Of a stretch of 64,000 nt of DNA, positions 13,218 through 23,821 are shown one piece after another. The stretch lies in the NCBI RefSeq assembly GCF_006345805.1, contig NC_043000.1:14322001-14386000 (forward strand), in the 5' to 3' direction. How positions within the stretch are numbered: position 1 is the first letter of the stretch; every line of letters starts with the position of its first letter. Made by a program: the position numbers and the translations under genes. Under the pieces are notes generated by a model that was given only the letters and a program-made list of their open reading frames with translations, was not told where the DNA came from and did no database searches. The DNA is from Octopus sinensis (taxonomy: Eukaryota).

Positions 13218-13784
13218 TTGGGTTGTCCGGAAAGTTCGTGTCGATTTTTAAATGAAAGAAAAAGGCCAATAAATACTTGCCATTACATTTTTAATCAACC
13301 AAACATGAACCATTTTGTTGCACAATGCATCTCCATCTTTCCTTTAACTTGAAAAATATCCTCTTCCCAGAATTGAGGTGGTTTCATGGCAAAGAATTCA
13401 TCAAGGTATTTTTTTACGTCATCCAAGGAATTGAAATTTTTACCATTAAGACTATTCTGCAGAGACCTGAATAAGTGGAAATCCGAAGGAGCAATATCTG
13501 GTGAATATGGAGGGTGGGGTAACATATCCCAGCCGAGCTGCAGTAATTTTTGTCTGGTTCCCCAAGCATCAAGTGCCGAAAATGAACTTTCTTATCTTCC
13601 ATTTTAAAGGGTTACAGAATTAACAGAGGTTATAGGAACATAAATCTTCTTCCACGAAAAGATAGCTTAAACTGTGCTCTAAATGGAGGTGTAGTCAAAT
13701 CCTATTTTATGGACTCAATCATGTTCTAAAATAAGTCGAAAGGTAAGCTACTATAAATCGGCACAAACTTTCCGGACAACCCAA
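13218..13784 (-). mobile_element. Internally deleted mariner element with both TIRs
   Basis: TIRs TTGGGTTGTCCGGAAAGTT.GTG.CGATTT at both ends. N-terminal MEDKKVHFRHLML is fused to C-terminal PHPPYSPDIAPSDFHLFRSL (mariner third-Asp motif). Confidence 0.9.
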
Positions 13785-13815
13785 TATTTGCAATATATGT
13801 GCGTTATATAAACTG

Positions 13816-13990
13816 GCACTCCGTCGGTAACGGTGACAAGTGCTCCAGTTGATTCGATCAATGGAACAGCCTGCTCGTAAAATTAACGCACAAGTGGTTG
13901 AGCACTTCATAGACTCGGGTAAGCTTAACTTAGTTCTCAGGGAGATTCAGCGTTGCACAGAATGAGACAAGGCTGGCCCTTTGAAACACC
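13816..13990 (-). mobile_element. 3' module of SINE B/D, truncated
   Basis: GCACTCCGTCGGT..AACAGCCTGCTCGT..TTCAGCGT..GGCCCTTTGAAA. Confidence 0.75.
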
Positions 13991-14187
13991 ACGAGTTAAA
14001 TACCTTAATCATTGAACTACATGGTTTCGCATGTGTGTTATGTATGTAATAATTAAATTATATATTATGTTTGTGTTTTGTAACGCGCGTGATACCCCTG
14101 TCCGAGAAAACCTATCTAGTATGAAATCAGTCCCGGGTGCAAAAAAGATTGGGGGCCTCTGCTCTCGACAAATGACTTTCCCATATC

Positions 14188-14374
14188 TTTTATCTTTTAC
14201 TTACTTCAATCATTAGACTGCGACCATGCTGGAGCACCTCATTGAAGAGTGTTTAGTCGAATGAATCGACCCCAGTATATTTTTTAAACCCAGGTAATAT
14301 TCTATCGGTCTCTTTTGCTAAACTGCTAGCTTACGGGGACCTAAACAAACCAGCATCGGTTATCAAGCGGTGGT

Positions 14375-14447
<73 letters not shown>

Positions 14448-14618
14448 TACGACGGTCTTCTTTCAGTTTCCTTTTACCAAATCCACTCACAAGACTTCGG
14501 TCGGCTCGAAGCTATAGTGGAAAGAACTTGCCGAAGGTACCACGCAGTAGGACTGAACTCGGAACCATGTGGTTCGAAAGCAAGCTTCTTACCACACACA
14601 TAGCCACGCCTGCGCCTA
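14188..14618 (-). mobile_element. SINE A, diverged
   Basis: Family A modules in reverse orientation, with an internal (CA)n. Confidence 0.8.
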
Positions 14619-14828
14619 TATATATGTAGATGATAGTCACTTCCTTTTCCTGATAATCAATCTGATACAAGCGTCATTCTCATGAAACCTTGACATGTCT
14701 TCACGAGATTTCTATGAATAAAGATTGGTCGTAGATGGCAGAATCAATAAAGTACCGAATAAAATATAACTGACTTGTAGTATTTAGAGTCATCTCTTAA
14801 AATTCCTCGTTCAAATCCCACCGAGTCT

Positions 14829-15015
14829 TGGTTCATATTTGGCTGATAAAAAATGTAATGGCAAGTATTTATTGACCTTTTTCTTTCCTTTAAAAATCGG
14901 CACGAACTTTCCGGACAACCCAATATATTGCAAATACGCTCTGAAGACTGCGATAGTCAATAAAACAGAAGTAAAATCTTTAAAATGTATTCTCTCTGTG
15001 GGGCCAGGTATCAAA
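14829..15015 (-). repeat. Inverted copy of 13126-13312 (mariner TIR plus flank)
   Basis: Reverse complement aligns over ~187 bp with about a dozen differences; the ORF-track peptides 13064..13255 and 14811..15014 are near-identical over the shared segment. Confidence 0.9.
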
Positions 15016-15296
15016 ACTTTTGGTTTTCATAAAAATTAGTAGATAAAATAAGGACAGGTAAAGCACTGGTAAATCTGTTTGAATGACTATAGCCTTTTCG
15101 ATAAACATCCACTGTCTTCTGTCAACATTGCAAATCATTATTTCTGTGAATATAGACTTTAGATGCATGTGCAATAGGGAAATAAGGCATCTAAATCTTA
15201 TTCAACAAAAAGGAAACTCAGTTTCTATTAAAGTCCCTGACCGACCAATGAGTTGTGAGTGAATGTGGTTACCGGAAACTCTGTGGGAGCCCGTTG

Positions 15297-15474
15297 TATA
15301 CATACATACATACATACATACATACATACATACATACATACATACATACATAAATACATACATACATACATACATGCATGCATACATACATACATACATA
15401 CATGCATGCATGCATGCATACATACATACATGCATGCATGCATGCATACATACATACATGCATGCATGCATGCA

Positions 15475-15508
<34 letters not shown>

Positions 15509-16085
15509 CATACATGCATACATACATACATACATACATGCATGCATGCATGCATACATACATGCATACATACATATATACATACATACATACATACATG
15601 CATACATACATGCATGCATGCATGCATGCATACATACATACATACATACATACATACATGCAGCATGCATGCATACATACATACATACATACATGCAGCA
15701 TGCATGCATGCATACATACATACATACATGCAGCATGCATGCATACATACATACTACATACATGCAGCATGCATGCATGCATACATACATACATATATAC
15801 ATACATGCATACATACATACATACATACATGCATGCATGCATGCATACATACATACATGCATACATACATACATACATATATACATACATGCATACATAC
15901 ATACATACATACATGCATGCATGCATGTATACATACATACATGCATACATACATACATGCATACATACATACATACATGCATGCATGCATACATACATAC
16001 ATACATACATACATACCTACATACATACATGCATGCATGCATACATACGTACATACATACATACATACGTACATACATACATACA
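15297..16085. repeat. (CATA/CATG)n compound tetranucleotide array
   Basis: Visible array; the sub-block CATGCAGCATGCATGCATAC recurs four times. Confidence 0.95.
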
Positions 16086-16139
16086 AATATGGGAGTATGT
16101 GTATAGAGAGATAAATAGATAGACAGACAGACAGACAGT

Positions 16140-16225
<86 letters not shown>

Positions 16226-16407
16226 GATTAAATGACTGATAGACAAGTTTTCACATGCACCAACGTGTAATATAATATGTATGTTTTTCCTTGCGTTTTA
16301 TTTCAGTTCTTCTTGAGAGAGTTCAAGCCGGTCGCTTACAAAGCAACAAAACTTTGTGACTTAAAAGAGTTTTCGGTGTTTGAAATTATATAGTTGAATT
16401 GGTGTGT

Positions 16408-16425
16408 TGTATGTATGTATGTATG

Positions 16426-16459
<34 letters not shown>

Positions 16460-17090
16460 TGTATGTATGTATGTATGTATGTATGTATGCATGCATGCTG
16501 TATATATGTATGTATGTATGTATACATGCATGCATGTATATATGTACGTATGCATGTATGTATGTATGTATGTATGTATGTATGCATGCATGTATGCATG
16601 TATGTATGTATGTATGTATGCATGCATGCATGTATGTATGTACGTATTTCAAGATTTCTTTCCAATAGAGAAAGAGCCGGTTTCTAACCTAGATCCAAAG
16701 TTCCTTCATTGGAATTTCAACATCAACAACAGGTTATGTATGTATGTATGTATGTATGTATGTATGTATGTATGTATGTATGTATGCATGCATGCATGTA
16801 TGTATGTATGTATGTATGTATGTATGTATGTATGTATGTATGTATGCATGCATGTATGCATGTATGTATGTATGTATGCATGCATGCATGTATGTATGTA
16901 CGTATGTATGTATGTATGTATGTATGCATGCATGCATGCATGTATGTAAGTATGTATGTATGTATGTATGATGTATGTATGTATGTATGTATGCATGCAT
17001 GCATGCATGTATGTATGTATGTATGTATGTATGTATGTATGTATGTATGTATGTATGTATGTATGCATGTGTGCGTGTGTGTGTGCGGAG
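16408..17090. repeat. (TATG/CATG)n array containing a ~90-bp insert (16646-16733)
   Basis: Visible array; the insert has a second copy at 19256-19359. Confidence 0.9.
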
Positions 17091-17393
17091 GATGTATGTA
17101 TGCATTCGGTTGTGTGGCCCTGTTTTGAGACTTTCAGGGGTTTTGAGGAGTATGAAATCATCTATTGTTCTCACATCTATTCTGACCCGGTGTAGTTAAC
17201 ACCTGTCAAGTTCCAGCTATAGGTTAATTAGCATGTCGTGGAACAGTTTCCGGAAGAAAGTCACTAAGAGATACCCCAATGGAGCCAGGGTAGATAAGAC
17301 CTTTCTGCACTTTAGCTGCTCGTCCAAGAGAAGGTAGCTCCATACCAACCGTGCATCCTGATAACTGCTAGGCTCATGGTACTTGTTGCACCA

Positions 17394-17756
17394 GTGGAGG
17401 CGCAGCGGACTCGCGGTCGTAGGATCGCGGTTTCGATTCCCAGACCGGGCGTTGTGAGTGTTTATTGAGCCTAAACACCTAAAGCCCACGAGGCTCCGGC
17501 AGGGATGGTGGTGATCCCTGCTGTACTCTTTCACCACAACTTTCTCTCACTCTTACTTCCTGTTTCTGTTGTACCTGTATTTCAAAGGGCCGGCCTTGTC
17601 ACTCTCTGTGTCACGCTGAATATCCCCGAGAACTACGTTAAGGGTACACGTGTCTGTGGAGTGCTCAGCCACTTACACGTTAATTTCACGAGCATGCTGT
17701 TCCGTTGATTCGGATCAACCGGAACCCTCGTCTTCGTAACCGACGGAGTGCTTCCA
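17394..17756 (+). mobile_element. SINE B with a deletion of the A box
   Basis: 13-bp TSD ACTTGTTGCACCA; head reads GTGGAGGCGCAGCGGAC and lacks AATGGCCCAGTGGTTAGGG. Confidence 0.9.
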
Positions 17757-18332
17757 CTTGTTGCACCAGACCTGTACAAGTTTAAAGGACGACAGTGAAA
17801 CTGGATCTGTGCAAACCCATGCCCATTATGATAATAATGGGCATGGGTTTCATCGTGTGGATTGTTCAGCATCTTGGTGAACCCTCATTGGTCGATGCGA
17901 CGAGTGAATCCCCTGTGTTTGTCTGATATCGCTGAGTTAAGAAGTTAGCTATGCAAATGTAACGTTTCCAATTCAATACCACTGCGTAGTATCTGTGTCA
18001 CACTGATTCTATTTGAGAATTACATTAAAATCACATGTGTTTGTGGAATATTAAGCTTCTAGGTATTCTGGTTCAGTCAGTACGTATTTCAGTTGATTAA
18101 CCAACTGAGCGCTCGTATGTCGAAACATATGTATGTATGTATGTATGTATGTGTGTATGTGTATGTATGTATGTATGTATGTATGTATGTATGTATGTAT
18201 GCATGTATGCATGTATGTATGTATGTGTATGTATGCATATTTGTATGTATGTATGTATGTATGTATGTAGTATGTATGTATGTATGGATGGATGGATGTA
18301 TGGATGGATGGATGGATGGATGGATAGATGGA

Positions 18333-18926
18333 TGTCCCAGCTATGACTTAACTAGGAGCACTCCGTCGGTTACGACGACGAGGGTCCCAGCTGACACTAT
18401 CAACGGAACAGCCTGCTCGTGAAATTAACGTGCAAGTGACTGAACAATCCACAGACACGTGTACCCCTAACGTAGTTCTCAGGGAGATTCAGCGTGACAC
18501 AGTGTGTGACAAGGCCGGCCCTTTGAAATACGGGTGCAACTCATTTTTGCCAGCTGAGTGGACTGGAGCAACGTGAAATAAAGTGTCTTGCTCAAGGACA
18601 CAACGCGTCGCCGGGAATTGAACTCACAACCTTACAATCGTTAACCGAATGCACTAACCACTAAGCCACGCGGCTTCACATATGACTTAACTAGCATATG
18701 AGCGACGGGACGTAGAACTAATCGAGTTGGTGTCCGAGGGCGCAATGAGCCCGCTGGGGTGTGAGGGACTCCTGGTCTTTCTTAAGACACCCCTCTAGGA
18801 GAAGGCTAGCGCCTATATAAAACCCGCGGCTCTACTGAACCTGATATGCTGCGCTTTGCTCGTCTCTGTGCTTCTTGGTAGTGAGAGTCGTTGAGGTATT
18901 TTGCAAGCTGAAATCAACTTGAAACA
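18333..18926 (+). mobile_element. Possible solo LTR interrupted by SINE D
   Basis: Starts TGTCCCAGCTATGACTTAACTAG, has TATATAAAA at 18814 and a plausible CA end. The start motif recurs at 42554. No TSD seen. Confidence 0.3.
18356..18680 (-). mobile_element. tRNA-derived SINE, family D, full length
   Basis: A box TGGCTTAGTGGT, B box GAGTTCAATTCC, GTGTCCTTGAGCAAGACAC domain, 3' module shared with family B; 14-bp TSD TATGACTTAACTAG. Confidence 0.9.
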
Positions 18927-19023
18927 TGCCAGCGATGGGCATGCTCGTTTAAAGAATAGACAGCCATCATCATATACGTATGTATGTATGTATGTATGTA
19001 TGTATGTATGTATGTATGTATGT

Positions 19024-19203
19024 AGGGGAATTCACACACAAAAAAGAAAAAAAACAAAAGACGAAGACAGGTGGTGTAGACAACAAATAGATGTATTATT
19101 AGTATAACACTCGGGAAGTGAAAAAGTCTTTAACGTTTCGAGCCTATGCTCTTCCACAGAAAGGAACACAGAAAGAAACAAGGAAAGAAAATAAAGAAAA
19201 TGA

Positions 19204-19205
<2 letters not shown>
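19024..19205 (-). mobile_element. ~190-bp Penelope-like mini-element with a variant hammerhead motif (copy 1)
   Basis: Minus strand CTTT-CTGTGGA-A-GAGCatagGCTC-GAAAC-GTT-AAAG; (TATG)n on both sides. Confidence 0.6.
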
Positions 19206-19234
<29 letters not shown>

Positions 19235-19569
19235 TGTATGTATGTATGTATGTATAGCATTGTTCAGTTCTATTTCAAGATTTCTTGCTAATAGAGAAAC
19301 AACCAGTTTCTAACCTAGATCCAAGGCCCCTTCAATGGAATTTCAACATCAACAACAGGGCATGTATGTCACACACCACCACACCTTACACCACCATACC
19401 ACGCTACACATCACGACACATGACCACGCACACATCAGCACTGACCACTTCCAAGACCCACATTTTCACACCTACACATACACACACGCACATGTCAATA
19501 TCACCAGCCCTCTTCCACACGCACATATAAACTCTCTTATACACACGCACGCGCACTTTCTGTCTGGCG

Positions 19570-19752
19570 TTCGCCATGATAGATCGCTAGCTACAACACA
19601 TTCTTCATTTTCTCTCCTTTGTTTCTTTCTGTGTTCCTTTCTGTGGAAGAGCGTAGGCTCGAAACGTTAAAGACTTTTTCACTTCCCAAGCGTTATACTA
19701 ATACATCTTTTTGTTGTCTACACCACCTGTCTTCATCTTTTGTCTTTATTTT
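19570..19752 (+). mobile_element. Penelope-like mini-element with variant HHR (copy 2)
   Basis: CTTT-CTGTGGA-A-GAGCgtagGCTC-GAAAC-GTT-AAAG at 19637-19672. Confidence 0.6.
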
Positions 19753-21208
19753 GTATGTATGTATGTATGTATGTATGTATGTATGCATGCATGCATGTAT
19801 GTACGTACGTACGTACGTATGTATGTATGTATGTATGTATGTATGTATGTATGTATGTTTGTATGTATGTATGTATGTATGTATGTATGTATGTATGTAT
19901 GCATGCATGCATGCATGTATGTACGTACGTACGTACGTATGTATGTATGTATGTATGTATGTATGTATGAATATATAGATAACTTCGTATGTTTGTTAGC
20001 ACGTATTATGCAAGTATCTACCTTATTTGCCAACGATTAACGCGCATTTCTTAAAATACCCACCAAAAAATTGCTCTGCGTCTAATGGGGCCATTTTACT
20101 GATTGGTGGCCGAGCGCCATAGGCTAGGAAACCGGATGAGCCTTAGTTTGATAGGCATATAAATTGTTACTAATAGCAAAATCTTGAAAACAAGCCAAGC
20201 TATCACAGCCTGTTACCACAAACTTCCAAAAAATTGCTTATGGTATGTCAGCTGTTATGTAGGGAGGTCATATCATATCTCTGCACTTTCTTCCTCAACA
20301 TTCATAATCCGCACCTGATATATATCTTATACTGTTTAATGACTGTATTATCTTTAAGAAACATTTTTGCAATTATATAAATGAAAATTTCTCTTAGAAA
20401 AATGAGAAGAATGTTAATAAATTCTCATCAGCCTATCAGCTATTTGCAATGAGTGGGTGACAACAAGATCCTGGCGGCCGATCATGGTAATATGAAACAT
20501 CGTAGTCAGAAATATAAGTTTCACATCCTGTACGGCAATTCTCTGGGCCAAAATATAAACAATACAGTTGATCTGAAAGACGATAAGATTGAGATAAAAT
20601 ACTTCCATAACGTGATAGCTGTCTATCACTAAATGAAAGCAAAAACATTGCGACCACGAATTTTTATTACACAAAATCAAAAGAAAACACTACGACAAAG
20701 AAAGCTGTCAGAAGTTTTGAAGTTTTAATAAATTTTAATGAATGAAGTCACGTGAATAATTTAAATAGTTTAAAAAGGAAAAATTTCCTGACGAAATGTT
20801 TTCGCCAAAAATTGCACAAATCTCTCCTGATCAAGAGACCATGGTCTGACATGGAATAAAAAGTAAGAAAATTAAAGGCGTTCTATTGTGAAAATTGTCG
20901 AGCAACGGCGGGCTATTCAACTGATTTATATTCTTTTATTCTTTTATTCGTTTACTTGTTTCAGTCATTTGACTGTGGCCATGCTGAAGCACCGCCTTTA
21001 GTCGACAATCCGACCCCAGGACATATTCCTTGTAAGCCTAGTACTTATTCTATCGGTCTCTTTTGCCGAACCGCTAAGTTACGGGGACGTAAACACACCA
21101 GCATCAGTTGTCAAGCGACGTTGTGGGGGACAAACACAGACACACAAACACACCACACACACACACACACACACACGCACACACACACACACACACACAA
21201 CCACACAC

Positions 21209-21240
<32 letters not shown>

Positions 21241-21282
21241 AATATATATACTTTATTTTAAGCAGCAGAAATTCAACAAAAT

Positions 21283-21320
21283 CTGTTACTCTGAGTTTCT
21301 CGTTGCCGTTCATCAGACAG
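21283..21320 (-). ncRNA. Type I hammerhead ribozyme motif (mirror copy)
   Basis: Exact reverse complement of 21333-21370. Confidence 0.75.
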
Positions 21321-21332
21321 TTTTTGCAAAAA

Positions 21333-21370
21333 CTGTCTGATGAACGGCAACGAGAAACTCAGAGTAACAG
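21333..21370 (+). ncRNA. Type I hammerhead ribozyme motif
   Basis: CTGT-CTGATGA-A-CG GCAA CG-A-GAAAC-TCAGA-GTA-ACAG: stem I CTGT/ACAG, GNRA-capped stem II, stem III ACT/AGT, GUA triplet. Confidence 0.75.
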
Positions 21371-21901
21371 ATTTTTTTGAATTTTCTGCTGCTTAAAATA
21401 AAGCATATTACTCTACCACTGGTATTTGAGTACTCTTTTTTCCACCTTGTTTCACATTTATGTGTTTACTCCGGTATAAATATATATATATATATATACA
21501 TATTTACGTCTGGCTTCTTTTAGCTTCCGTCTACCAAAACCACTCACAAGGCTTTGGTCGGCCCGAGGCTATAGTAGAAGACACTTGCCCAAGGTGCCAC
21601 GAAGTGGGACTGAACCCAGAACCATAGTTTCAAACTTAATTCCAATATATAGTCACAACCTTGTGTTTACATGTACAGAATCATACACTCTCCTTCATAA
21701 AAACACGTCAAAGTATCTTATATTCAATACGTGTATGATAAAACATACTTAATTCATTTTTACAACAAAATATCCTTGTAAAATTTTGGTGCGCTTTAAT
21801 GTGACAGTGCGTCTTATATGGCGGCAAATTGAGTACGTATCTTTCTATGTATGTATGTATGTATGTATGTATGTATGTATGTATGTATGTATGTATGTAT
21901 G

Positions 21902-22115
21902 TCGCCATGATAAATCGTTAGCCACTACACACATTTTTCTCTCTCCTTTTTTCTCTCATTGTTTCTCTTCTTGTTTTTTCTTTGCCCCTTTCTGTAGAAA
22001 AGCCTAGGCTCGAAACGTAAAAGACTTCTTCTATACCTGAGCGTTAAACATGCATCTGTTTGTTTTGTACACCACCTGTCTTCGTCTTTTGTTTTTTTTT
22101 CGAAAATTCTCCCTA
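21902..22115 (+). mobile_element. Penelope-like mini-element with variant HHR (copy 3)
   Basis: CTTT-CTGTAGA-A-AAGCctagGCTC-GAAAC-GTA-AAAG at 21988-22023; (TATG)n on both sides. Confidence 0.55.
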
Positions 22116-22469
22116 TGTATGTATGTATGTATGTATGTATGTATGTATGTATGTATGTATGTATGTATGTATGTATGTATGCATGTTTGTATGTATATTC
22201 TCTTTATTTTTCATTATTTGAAATCATACTTTTAGAAGGAGCTGATTTCTAATAAAGATATAAAACTACATCATTACAAAGGAGATAACAAAGACAATGT
22301 CACATTTTGAACCTGAGAAAAGTTCCGCATGTTTCTACATGTTTACAGATTGTATTTTTAGTGTACAAATTAGCTGCTTGATTTGTTTTTTTGAAAATCC
22401 TACCTTTTCTAGATTGTCACTTGGTATATATATTAACAAAACGAAGTGCACCAATTTTTCATTGATATG

Positions 22470-22546
<77 letters not shown>

Positions 22547-22547
<1 letters not shown>

Positions 22548-22766
22548 ATATTGACATTTCTGTGATAACGATCCCTATTGATCAAATTTTTTTCCTTCCC
22601 CCCACCTTTTTTTTTATTATATCCCCCTTTATTTTGTCCTCTTTCTTTCCATTTACGATCCCTTTTGATCGAAAACCAAACCCCCTTCTTTTACCCCCAA
22701 AAGAAAAGCTCTACCTTGTAATTTTGTCCTGTCTGTGTGCAGCCCTGTGTGGGTAATAAAGAAACA
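22547..22766 (+). mobile_element. Tx1-like LINE, 3' UTR only
   Basis: Homologous to the 3' end of 23822-25256; (TCTA)n on both sides. Confidence 0.8.
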
Positions 22767-22924
<158 letters not shown>

Positions 22925-23337
22925 GTGAGACTGCTTCAAAAAAAAAAAAAAAAAAAAGATGGGTGAATGTAGCAAGGATGGTACGTGTGAATGACGGAGC
23001 CAGCTTGAGCATAATCCTATGAACCAAAAAAAAAAAAAAACGAAAGGAAAAGAGAGAGCCACTTACTGTAATGTGTTTTCTTTTTGCATAACACAATTGC
23101 CCAAGGTTCCCGTGGTCTTTCTCGTAGGCTTTTCTATCCACGAACAAACCTAATCTGTTTTCCCTTTTCACATTGACATTTCTGTGATACACGATCTCTA
23201 TTGATCGACACCATTTTTTTTTTCTTTTCATGATCCCTTTCGATCCTACTTTTTTTCCTTCTCTTCTTCCCAAAAAGAAAAGCTCTACTTTATATTTTGT
23301 CCCTTCTGAGTTCAGCCCAGCGTGGCCAATAAAGAAA
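22925..23337 (+). mobile_element. Tx1-like LINE, ORF2 C-terminus plus 3' UTR
   Basis: Encodes [22 protein letters not shown] (cf. [22 protein letters not shown]); (TCTA)n upstream. Confidence 0.8.
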
Positions 23338-23344
23338 TCTATCT

Positions 23345-23545
23345 AGAGAGAATTTACAAAAAAAAAAAAAAAAAAAAAACGAAGACGAAGACGGATGTGT
23401 AAACAACAAACACATTTATGTTTAACGATCGGGAAGTGACAAAGTCTTTTACGTTTCGAGCCTACGCTCTTCGACAGAAAGGAACACAGAAATAAACAGA
23501 GAGAGAAAATAGTTTAGGTTTAGTGGCTAGCAGTCTATCATGGTG

Positions 23546-23548
<3 letters not shown>
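23345..23548 (-). mobile_element. Penelope-like mini-element with variant HHR (copy 4)
   Basis: Minus strand CTTT-CTGTCGA-A-GAGCgtagGCTC-GAAAC-GTA-AAAG at 23446-23481. Confidence 0.6.
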
Positions 23549-23603
<55 letters not shown>

Positions 23604-23625
23604 ATATCTATCTATCTATCTATCG

Positions 23626-23677
<52 letters not shown>

Positions 23678-23769
23678 GTCTATCTATCTATCTGTCGGTC
23701 TGTCTGTCTGTCTCTCACTCTCTCTCACTCTCTCTCTCTCTCTCTCTCTCTGTATATATATATATATAT

Positions 23770-23801
<32 letters not shown>

Positions 23802-23821
23802 GTAGATAGATAGATAGATAA

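Larger units (their letters stand above)
21251..21480 (+). mobile_element. Penelope-like terminal-repeat fragment with an inverted 5' end (153-bp palindrome 21251-21403)
   Basis: Arms of 76 and 77 bp with no spacer and two differences; carries an HHR; inserted in (TA)n. Confidence 0.7.
20930..21632 (-). mobile_element. SINE A interrupted at its internal microsatellite by an HHR-bearing palindromic element
   Basis: 3' half at 20930-21235 and 5' part at 21505-21632. Confidence 0.8.

Noticed and set aside
20395-20432. Minus-strand CTGATGA followed by a GAAT/ATTC stem
   Set aside because: No GAAA follows the stem.
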